From Bacteroides fragilis (lineage in GTDB: Bacteria; Bacteroidota; Bacteroidia; Bacteroidales; DTGW01), in assembly GCA_945889005.1 (NCBI GenBank), contig CAMDBI010000008.1, forward strand, positions 10,473 through 74,472: 64,000 nucleotides of DNA. The letters are read 5' to 3'. The translations under genes were made by a program, and so were the position numbers. Shown here piece by piece: positions 57,221 through 64,000 of this stretch; position 1 is the stretch's first letter; each line of letters begins with the position of its first letter. A model generated the notes under the pieces. The model worked only from the letters and a program-made list of their open reading frames with translations. It did no database searches and was not told the origin of the DNA.

Positions 57221-57384
57221 CGTGGATAGTAGACCGTGAACCGTTGACAGTGGACCGTGAACCGTAAATTTCACGTTTCACGTTTCACGGTCCACGGTTC
57301 ACGAATTACGGTTCACGACTCACGGTTCACGGTTCACGGTTCACGGTTCACGAATTACGGTTCACGAATTACGGTTCACGAATT
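57221..57384. repeat. Heptanucleotide array: CGTGRAC x7, then inverted TTCACGR x16
   Basis: The orientation switch at about 57268 creates a perfect 12-bp inverted repeat, GTGGACCGTGAA (57250-57261) / TTCACGGTCCAC (57284-57295). The array occupies most of the argR-argG spacer. Confidence 0.95.
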
Positions 57385-57420
57385 TATTAACAACGGTCTA
57401 AAGACCAAAAATTAAATAAA

Positions 57421-58647
57421 ATGGCAAAAGAAAAAATTGTATTGGCGTATAGTGGTGGATTAGACACTTCGGTAATATTGAAATGGTTAATCGACAAAGA
57501 TTTTGAAGTGGTTGCATATATTGCAAATGTTGGACAAGAAGAAGACTTTGAAGCAGCAAAGGAAAAAGCTCTTTTGTTGGGTGCAAGCAAAGTATATATC
57601 GAAGATTTGCAAAAAGAACTTGTTACAGACTTTGTATTTCCAGCAATAAAAGCCAATGCCATTTACGAAGGACGCTATATGCTTGGCACTTCGCTGGCTC
57701 GCCCAATTATAGCCAAGCGCCAGATTGAGATTGCCGAGATAGAAAAAGCAGGGTATGTTGGTCACGGAGCCACCGGAAAAGGCAATGATCAAGTACGTTT
57801 CGAGCTGACTTTCTATGCTTTAAACCCAAAAATAAAGGTAATTGCCCCATGGAAAATGCAAGAATTCCTCGACCAATTCAAAGGCCGTACCGATATGCTC
57901 AACTATGCAGAGGCAAAAGGTATTCCTGTAAAAGCATCGTTGAAAAAACCATATAGCGAAGACGACAACCTCATACACATCAGCCACGAAGCAGGTATCT
58001 TGGAAGACCCAAAACATTCGTGGACAGCAGATATGTTGACCAAAATGGTGAGCCCACAAGCCGCTCCGGACAAAGAAACTAAAATAGAAATTCACTTCAA
58101 GGCTGGTGTACCAGTAAAAGTAGTAAACCATAACGATAAAACTACCGTTACGGAACCTCTCCAATTGATCAATTACCTCAACAAAATAGGTGGCGAAAAC
58201 GGAATAGGTCTTTGCGATATGGTCGAAAACCGCTTTGTTGGTTTAAAATCGCGCGGAGTGTACGAAACACCAGGGTATACCATTCTTCGTACAGCTCACA
58301 TGGATATTGAAGGTATTACCATGGATCGCGAAGTAATGAAACTGCGCAATATGATGTCCGAAAAATTCTCGGATCTTATTTACAATGGTTTCTGGTACAG
58401 TCCGGAAGGCGATTTCCTACTGTCAATTATCGATAAAAGTCAGGAAAACATCGATGGTATCGTGTATTTGACCCTCTACAAAGGAAATGTATTGGTCAAT
58501 GGTCGCGAGTCTGACAAGTCGCTATACAATCAAGACCTTTCGAGTATGGATATTGCCGGAGGCTTCGATCAAAAAGACAGCGCCGGGTTTATCAAAATAA
58601 ATGCCGTTCGTCTTATGGCAAATAACCTGATTAGAAATAAAAAATAA
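57421..58647 (+). CDS. argG: Argininosuccinate synthase
   Basis: 408 aa with AYSGGLDTS (PP-loop) and [13 protein letters not shown]. Confidence 0.96.
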   Translation: MAKEKIVLAYSGGLDTSVILKWLIDKDFEVVAYIANVGQEEDFEAAKEKALLLGASKVYIEDLQKELVTDFVFPAIKANAIYEGRYMLGTSLARPIIAKRQIEIAEIEKAGYVGHGATGKGNDQVRFELTFYALNPKIKVIAPWKMQEFLDQFKGRTDMLNYAEAKGIPVKASLKKPYSEDDNLIHISHEAGILEDPKHSWTADMLTKMVSPQAAPDKETKIEIHFKAGVPVKVVNHNDKTTVTEPLQLINYLNKIGGENGIGLCDMVENRFVGLKSRGVYETPGYTILRTAHMDIEGITMDREVMKLRNMMSEKFSDLIYNGFWYSPEGDFLLSIIDKSQENIDGIVYLTLYKGNVLVNGRESDKSLYNQDLSSMDIAGGFDQKDSAGFIKINAVRLMANNLIRNKK

Positions 58648-58653
58648 ACCGAA

Positions 58654-59187
58654 ATGCCACTTAACTTCGAAATAAGTATTGTCTCCGAAAAGCATATAAA
58701 ATACTCTAAAGATATTGCCATAGAGATAGAGATTGCTGCATCTGTTCAAGGAACAGGTATTGCTATTAGATCTGCGGAATATATCGAAAGTAAAATACGC
58801 AGCGGGCAAGGGATTATTGCCCTTCTCGACAACAAATTGGCCGGATTTTGTTACATCGAAGCTTGGGAAGGCAACAAATACGTTGCCAATTCGGGTTTAT
58901 TGGTAGTTGAACTATTTCGCGGAAAGGGTTTAGGTCGAAAAATAAAGAACGAAGCGTTTGCACTTACCCGTAAACTTTTTCCAGATTCAATATTCCTGGG
59001 ACTAACAACCAGTTTGGCGGTAATGAAAATAAACTCCGAACTGGGATATGCACCTGTAACATTCTCGGAACTTACCGACGATAGCGAATTCTGGAAAGGT
59101 TGCGAAACCTGCTCATATTACGACATCTTATTCCGCACACGTCGTTCCAATTGCCTTTGTACAGCAATGAAATACAATCCGAAATAG
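58654..59187 (+). CDS. GNAT family acyltransferase in the arg cluster (possible N-acyl-glutamate synthase)
   Basis: 177 aa with the acyl-CoA-binding motif RGKGLGRKI. The position directly after argG is typical of Bacteroidota arginine clusters, but its function in the pathway is inferred, not shown. Confidence 0.7.
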   Translation: MPLNFEISIVSEKHIKYSKDIAIEIEIAASVQGTGIAIRSAEYIESKIRSGQGIIALLDNKLAGFCYIEAWEGNKYVANSGLLVVELFRGKGLGRKIKNEAFALTRKLFPDSIFLGLTTSLAVMKINSELGYAPVTFSELTDDSEFWKGCETCSYYDILFRTRRSNCLCTAMKYNPK

Positions 59188-59214
59188 AACATAGAGCAAA
59201 GCATTTATAATTAA

Positions 59215-59343
59215 GGGACTGTCTTAAAAGACAAGAATAAATTAAAACGCAAAGACTCAAAGGCGCAAAGTATTATAGATCAACAATTATTTTCTTTGCG
59301 TATTAGCGACTTAGCGTTTTAAATAAACTTTTGAGACAGCCTC
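59215..59343. repeat. About 129-nt MITE/REP-like nested imperfect palindrome followed by a T-run
   Basis: The outer arms are GGGACTGTCTTAAAAG (59215-59230) / CTTTTGAGACAGCCTC (59328-59343). The inner arms are TTAAAACGCAAAGAC...GCGCAAAG / CTTTGCG...GACTTAGCGTTTTAA (22/29 complementary), followed by TTTTTTT. Confidence 0.6.
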
Positions 59344-59417
59344 TTTTTTTATTACAAATCTGCTAAACAATTTGCCGACAAAAATTTATCTTTGCTATTC
59401 GCGTAAATTATAAAAAC

Positions 59418-60227
59418 ATGCAGACTATCAACAAAATTGCCGTTATTGGAGGCGGCAACATAGGAACAGCAATTATAACAGGACTTACAAGATCAGGTGT
59501 TTTTAAAAAATCTGATATTACTGTAACTCGTTTACCTTCGCAATCACTCACAGATCTTCAAAAGGAAGGTTTTAATGCAACACATTCTAATATCGAAGCC
59601 ATTTCAAATGCTGAAATGATCATAGTTGCTGTACAACCTCGCCAGGCAAAACAAATTTTTGCTGAGTTAAAAGAACATATTGACCATAAAAAGCAAACCG
59701 TCGTTTCAATAGTTTCGGGTCTTGCCATTGAAGATATTGAGAAACACATAGGAGGTAAAACAGAGGTCATTCGAGTGATGCCCAATACAGCAATTGCCGT
59801 CTGTGAATCAATGACTTGCATGGCTTCAAAAAATACTTCATCAAAACGTTTCGAAGAAGTAAAAGCAATTTTTTGTAAAGTAGGAAAAGTACTGGTTATT
59901 GATGAAAAACTAATGGCGTCGGCAACAGTGTTAGCAGCATGTGGAACAGGTTTCTTCCTTCGAATAATACGAGCAGCCTCACAAGGTGGTATTCAGGTCG
60001 GGTTTCATGCCGATGAAGCACAACTTATTGCAGCTCAGGTAGCCAAGGGTGCCACTACTTTGGTACTTGAAACAGGCAACCACCCCGAAGCAGAGATCGA
60101 TAAGGTTACAACCCCTATGGGTCTCACCATTAAAGGTCTGAACGAAATGGAACATAATGGATTAAGCTCTGCAATTATCAAAGGTATAGTTCATTCGTAT
60201 ACTGAGATGGATAAACTTACGAAATAG
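59418..60227 (+). CDS. proC: Pyrroline-5-carboxylate reductase
   Basis: 269 aa with the Rossmann motif VIGGGNIGTAI and the C-terminal P5CR dimerisation domain (TTPMGLTIKGL). Confidence 0.9.
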   Translation: MQTINKIAVIGGGNIGTAIITGLTRSGVFKKSDITVTRLPSQSLTDLQKEGFNATHSNIEAISNAEMIIVAVQPRQAKQIFAELKEHIDHKKQTVVSIVSGLAIEDIEKHIGGKTEVIRVMPNTAIAVCESMTCMASKNTSSKRFEEVKAIFCKVGKVLVIDEKLMASATVLAACGTGFFLRIIRAASQGGIQVGFHADEAQLIAAQVAKGATTLVLETGNHPEAEIDKVTTPMGLTIKGLNEMEHNGLSSAIIKGIVHSYTEMDKLTK

Positions 60228-60296
60228 ACGGAAGACGGAAGACGGTTTACGGTACACGGTACACGGTTCACGGTACACGGTTCACGGTTCACGTAT
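60227..60296. repeat. Heptanucleotide array, exactly 10 units, grading from GACGGAA to CACGGTT
   Basis: gacggaa gacggaa gacggtt tacggta cacggta cacggtt cacggta cacggtt cacggtt cacgtat. The first base is the G of the proC TAG stop. Confidence 0.95.
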
Positions 60297-60332
60297 AAAA
60301 AAGATAATAGACACTAGACAATAAATATAAGG

Positions 60333-60794
60333 ATGGGAACAACATTTTTGACAAAATCGGGCGAGTGCGAATTGACGAATGAGAAGATAATCTTACATAT
60401 CGATCCGGAACTTCCTAAATTTAAACTGGGTTACGACGAATTTAATTACAAAACAAGAATTGCTGTTGTGTCTTTTTTTGGACTATTCGTGCTAATGTAT
60501 TTGTTTTTATATAGCGCACAAATAAAAAATACCACATTGGTTATGATTATGTTGTCTGTTGTGTATGGTTTCCAGTTTTATCAATTGTATCTCTACTCAA
60601 CGGTCGATGTACTATATAGAAAAGATATTACCCGTATCCTTTACCGCAAGAGCTTTTTGTCGTTTGGATCATACTTCCATATTTTTTATGTCGATGAAAA
60701 AGGTCATAACAAAAACCGTCTTATCATGTTCCGAAACAAAGACGAACGCCAAAAAGCACTTAAGATGTTTAAGGAAGCGGGTATTATGGCATAG
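60333..60794 (+). CDS. Hypothetical membrane protein
   Basis: 153 aa with two central hydrophobic segments and no recognisable motif. Confidence 0.5.
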   Translation: MGTTFLTKSGECELTNEKIILHIDPELPKFKLGYDEFNYKTRIAVVSFFGLFVLMYLFLYSAQIKNTTLVMIMLSVVYGFQFYQLYLYSTVDVLYRKDITRILYRKSFLSFGSYFHIFYVDEKGHNKNRLIMFRNKDERQKALKMFKEAGIMA

Positions 60795-60862
60795 TTTTGA
60801 ACTCATTACAACAAAAAGACTTCCATGATATTAATTTAATAAACATTATCTTTGTATTGAAA

Positions 60863-61138
60863 ATGATAAAAATCGAGCCCCATACGATTGAGAGAGCATT
60901 AGAGAGAGGAACGACAAGTGAAGAAATTTTTGACACAATAAATAATGGGGTATTTGGAATTGCAAAAAAAGACCGATTTTTAAAATATAAGATATTCATA
61001 TTTAACGATATCAGAAATGGAAAATATTATAAGCATAAAAAAGTTGAAGTAATTTTTAAAAAAGAGGAATCAACATTTATTACTATAACAGTATATGTAT
61101 ATTACGGAACTTGGGAGGAAATGAAAGATGATAATTAA
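60863..61138 (+). CDS. DUF4258-family protein (putative toxin)
   Basis: 91 aa from ATG 60863 (MIKIEPHTIERALERGTTSEEIFDTINNG...). The track start 60797 is TTG. It overlaps the downstream DUF2283 gene by 11 nt. Confidence 0.7.
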   Translation: MIKIEPHTIERALERGTTSEEIFDTINNGVFGIAKKDRFLKYKIFIFNDIRNGKYYKHKKVEVIFKKEESTFITITVYVYYGTWEEMKDDN

Positions 61139-61340
61139 TTATGATTCTAAAAATGATCTGCTTTATATTAGGTTCGACAAAGCAAGTCAACCCATTATAA
61201 ACAAACGAATAGATGATACAATTGTATTGGATTTAGGCGAAAACGACCGTATTGTTGGTATTGAAATAACAGATGCATCAGAACATATTCAATTAAATGA
61301 AATATTACCAATTGAATATGCAATTAGAAAAGCGTCATAG
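61128..61340 (+). CDS. DUF2283-family small protein (putative antitoxin)
   Basis: 70 aa (MIINYDSKNDLLYIRFDKAS...IVGIEITDAS), a paralogue of 40979-41218. Confidence 0.7.
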   Translation: MIINYDSKNDLLYIRFDKASQPIINKRIDDTIVLDLGENDRIVGIEITDASEHIQLNEILPIEYAIRKAS

Positions 61341-61429
61341 TTTTTTATTTGTAAAATCTATTAAAATAGTGTAATATATAGAAATGCAAATTCAACCTTT
61401 CATCAGTTTACATTTACTTTCAATAAAAC

Positions 61430-61462
61430 AAAAAAGCACCTCATTTATCGAGGTGCTTTTTT
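61430..61462. terminator. Bidirectional intrinsic terminator between convergent genes
   Basis: AAAAAA-GCACCTC-ATTTATC-GAGGTGC-TTTTTT. Confidence 0.85.
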
Positions 61463-61550
61463 GTTGAAATTTATATACTTATAAATCTGTTTCTAGAGTG
61501 AATCCTATATTATAAATTTATAAAAAGAGCATAAATACAGAATTATTATT

Positions 61551-62045
61551 TTATTGTTTTGTATAAATTTTCTTTTCATTACCCATCATAAGTGTCATCT
61601 TATCCCCAGCAATTGAGTAAGTAGCTTCACTTTTTAAACTTCCACCAAATGCTTCAACAAGAGCTTGCATTACTTCAAATTCTGTTGAACCATCTTTGTA
61701 CCATGTAAGCTCAAATTTTTGATCAGTTTTAATTTTGTCCTCACCATATTCAGAAAGTGTTGAAGTAATTTTATTGCCACTTACAGTGATATTACTTTTT
61801 GAACCATTCACATCAACATATAATGAACCTTATTTTTCCTGTTTTATTACAGTCACTGTACTTTTTGTAATAGTTACTGTTTCTTTAAAAAGAACACTTT
61901 CAACATCAGAATAATTTGGTTCATCGTAATAGGTAGTTACCCAAGTACCAACATAATCAGGATCAACTGTTTCTTCTTCTGTACAAGAACTTACGAAAAA
62001 AGAAAATGCTAAAATTGCAAATGAATAGAAAATAATTTTTTTCGT
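61551..62045 (-). pseudogene. Lipocalin-like lipoprotein gene with a mutated start (ACG) and one in-frame TAA
   Basis: The minus-strand frame reads (ACG)KKIIFYSFAILAFSFFVSSC TEEETVDPDYVGTWVTTYYDEP...TVIKQEK*GSLYVDVNGSKSNITV...KIYTKQ*. There is a classic lipobox but no ATG/GTG/TTG upstream, because ACG sits where ATG is expected (62045-62043). The TAA is at 61832-61830. Confidence 0.6.
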
Positions 62046-62237
62046 GTTAAATAGTTTTTGTGTTAATAATATAAATAAAAAAAATGTAATTACAAATGAA
62101 TAATTCTAGTTTTTTAAAAGTTATTATAACTTAAACTTAACATTCAAAAAAAACTGAAATTAATATATTTAAAGATATACTCATTTCAGTTGATTATAAG
62201 GATAAATACTTTTTTTGAAAAGTCAATAGTGAAATAC

Positions 62238-62274
62238 AAAAAAAAGCACCTTGGTTTCCCAAGGTGCTTTTTTT
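62238..62274 (-). terminator. Intrinsic terminator after gltD
   Basis: AAAAAAAA-GCACCTTGG-TTTC-CCAAGGTGC-TTTTTTT, which is bidirectional in form. Confidence 0.85.
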
Positions 62275-62303
62275 AGCGACTTAATGCCTTCGCGTAAAAT
62301 ATA

Positions 62304-63737
62304 TTACTTCTTTACTTCTGTCATCAAAAATTTGTGAACGTTTTCGGCCATTTTGCGTCCTTCGGCTATGGCATGTACTACTAATGATGGACCACGTACT
62401 GCATCGCCAGCTGCAAATACTTTAGCTACCGAGGTAAACTTTTTATCGTCGGCTTTCACATTGCCACGGTTGTCGTATTCAACTTTAAGACCATCGCAAA
62501 GTCCTTCGTGTACAGGGCTAACAAAACCCATCGAAAGAAACACTAAATCGGCTTTAATAACCTTATTGGTACCGGGAATTTCGCTCATTACCTGACGGCC
62601 ACTGGCATCTTTCTCCCATTTAACCTCAACAACTTCAACACCGGTAACTTTGCCATTTTCGCCAATAAATTTCTTTGATGCTAAGCTCCACTCGCGTTCG
62701 CAACCTTCTTCGTGGCTCGAAGAAGATTTTAGGGTATAAGGCCAGTATGGCCATGGATTGTCTTCGGCACGGTCGACAGGAGGCTTAGGCATAATCTCTA
62801 TCTGAGTTACACTCTTGGCTTTATGACGGTTCGATGTACCTACACAATCGGAACCGGTATCGCCACCACCGATGACAAGTACATGCTTATCTTTTGCGCT
62901 AATGCGTTCGACTTCCGAGAATTCTTTACCTGCAATAACACGGTTTTGCTGTGTAAGAAATTCCATGGCATAGTAAACACCTTTTAGATCGCGACCTTCG
63001 ATAGGCAAATCGCGAGGTTTCATTGCTCCAATAGCTATACAAACAGCATCGTAGTCTTTCAAGAGTTGTTCGGCTTTGATATCGACACCAACATTTACGC
63101 CGGTTTTCACTTCGAGACCTTCAGCTTTAAGAACATCCATACGGCGTTCAACAACTTCTTTGTTCAACTTAAAATCGGGGATACCAAAGCGAAGCAAACC
63201 ACCTACTGCTTCGTCTTTCTCGAAAAGAGTAACCGAATGACCCCATTTGTTGAGTAAATCGGCAGCAGCCATACCGGCTGGGCCCGATCCAATTACAGCA
63301 ACCTTCTTACCTGTGCGGCTTTTAGGAGGCTGAGGTTTGATATAACCTAAAGTAAAGGCATTCTCGATGGTTGCACATTCGTTTTCGCGAATGGTAACAG
63401 GTTCCTTATGAATGTTGAGTACACAACCCTTTTCGCAAGGCGCAGGACAGATACGACCAGTGAACTCTGGAAAATTGTTGGTAGAGTGAAGCACCTTAAT
63501 GGCTTCGTCCCATTTGCCACGGTAAATAGCATCTTGCCATTCGGGCATAGTGTTTGCAACCGGGCACGACCATTGACAAAATGGCACACCACAGTCCATA
63601 CAACGCGATGCTTGCAACTGACGTTCTGCATCGTTGAGTGTTTGTTCAACTTCGCCGTAATCGGCTATTCGCTCGTGAATGGGTCTGTTTCCAGCCTCTA
63701 AACGGGCTACTTCCATAAATCCTTTTGGATTTCCCAT
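62304..63737 (-). CDS. gltD: Glutamate synthase (NADPH) small subunit
   Basis: 477 aa with Fe-S Cys clusters (CMDCGVPFC, CPAPCEKGC), the dinucleotide fold VAVIGSGPAGMAAA and a second GGGDTGSDC. Confidence 0.95.
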   Translation of the reverse strand: MGNPKGFMEVARLEAGNRPIHERIADYGEVEQTLNDAERQLQASRCMDCGVPFCQWSCPVANTMPEWQDAIYRGKWDEAIKVLHSTNNFPEFTGRICPAPCEKGCVLNIHKEPVTIRENECATIENAFTLGYIKPQPPKSRTGKKVAVIGSGPAGMAAADLLNKWGHSVTLFEKDEAVGGLLRFGIPDFKLNKEVVERRMDVLKAEGLEVKTGVNVGVDIKAEQLLKDYDAVCIAIGAMKPRDLPIEGRDLKGVYYAMEFLTQQNRVIAGKEFSEVERISAKDKHVLVIGGGDTGSDCVGTSNRHKAKSVTQIEIMPKPPVDRAEDNPWPYWPYTLKSSSSHEEGCEREWSLASKKFIGENGKVTGVEVVEVKWEKDASGRQVMSEIPGTNKVIKADLVFLSMGFVSPVHEGLCDGLKVEYDNRGNVKADDKKFTSVAKVFAAGDAVRGPSLVVHAIAEGRKMAENVHKFLMTEVKK

Positions 63738-63746
63738 GATATTTTA

Positions 63747-63854
63747 TTATTGAAATTTGATTATTGACTAATATTAATTATATAGATTATTGATTTTTTG
63801 ATACTTAATTATTGATTTTTTAATTGTCAATAATCAATTATCAATTGTCAATTG
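63747..63854. repeat. TCAATWR heptad words: four inverted copies (TTATTGA), then five tandem units (63820-63854)
   Basis: TTATTGA occurs at 63747, 63761, 63787 and 63809, followed by ttaattg tcaataa tcaatta tcaattg tcaattg, ending at the gltB stop codon (63855-63857). The region spans the whole gltB-gltD spacer. Confidence 0.7.
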
Positions 63855-64000
63855 CTAGTATCTAACGTGTGGTTCATCCTGACTGGCAGCAAGCTTAGCT
63901 TGCAGTTCTTTCAGTTTCAACTCTTCCATAACCTTCTTGTATTCGAGAGGTATTACTTTCTTGAACTTTGGAAGGTATTCTTCCCAGTTGGTAAGTATAT
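63855..64000 (-). CDS. gltB: Glutamate synthase large subunit, C-terminal end (partial; runs off the right edge)
   Basis: The minus-strand frame reads ...ILTNWEEYLPKFKKVIPLEYKKVMEELKLKELQAKLAASQDEPHVRY*. The W..YLPKF.KV.P.EYK motif is typical of GltB C-termini, and the gene lies directly upstream of gltD. Confidence 0.75.
   Translation of the reverse strand, partial: ILTNWEEYLPKFKKVIPLEYKKVMEELKLKELQAKLAASQDEPHVRY

Noticed and set aside
56786-57274. 162-aa minus-strand ORF starting MKFTVHGPLSTVHGLLST
   Set aside because: The N-terminus comes from the heptad array and the rest is antisense to argR, which has clear ArgR motifs.

Overview
AT-rich chromosomal segment from a Bacteroidota bacterium. 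The lineage call rests on gliding/T9SS markers: gldA, a PorP/SprF gene and a SprB-repeat adhesin with a type-B C-terminal sorting domain. The species cannot be named from sequence alone. Most of the window is housekeeping: mutL, rhomboid protease, PPi-dependent PFK, tRNA-Glu, gldA, tandem Usp, rpoN, asnS, comF-like, a CDF transporter and metK. It continues with a propeller/Y_Y_Y-PP2C sensor, lpxK, Wzc/Wza plus a SPOR protein, dCMP deaminase, Ctp peptidase, exported MsrBA, recO and a hybrid histidine kinase. The right end holds carB, an MsbA-like ABC exporter, LPS-type glycosyltransferases, argR-argG-GNAT-proC and gltB(partial)-gltD. There are two accessory patches. Patch 1 (29.1-32.4 kb) has two RelE/ParE-type TA pairs, an antitoxin remnant, and a RAYT-type Y1 transposase embedded in REP-like hairpin repeats. 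Patch 2 (38.9-45.2 kb) has a Bro-N/DinD-like + small protein + AbiEii nucleotidyltransferase operon, a DUF4258/DUF2283 pair whose toxin carries an in-frame TGA, and a 1224-aa tail-fibre-like secreted protein. The most unusual signal is non-coding. At least ten intergenic spacers are filled by tandem arrays with an exact 7-nt period (CACGGTT/CACTGTC, GCACGAA, TCAATTG, GTCATTA, GTCAGAA, GTTGAAA). These arrays often abut stop or start codons and often switch orientation mid-array to give long hairpins. They resemble the STRR heptamers of cyanobacteria rather than REP, CRISPR or contingency SSRs. Several other REP/MITE-like hairpin families occur, and three genes are each interrupted by a single in-frame stop. 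All calls come from reading the sequence and recognising motifs; no database search was possible.
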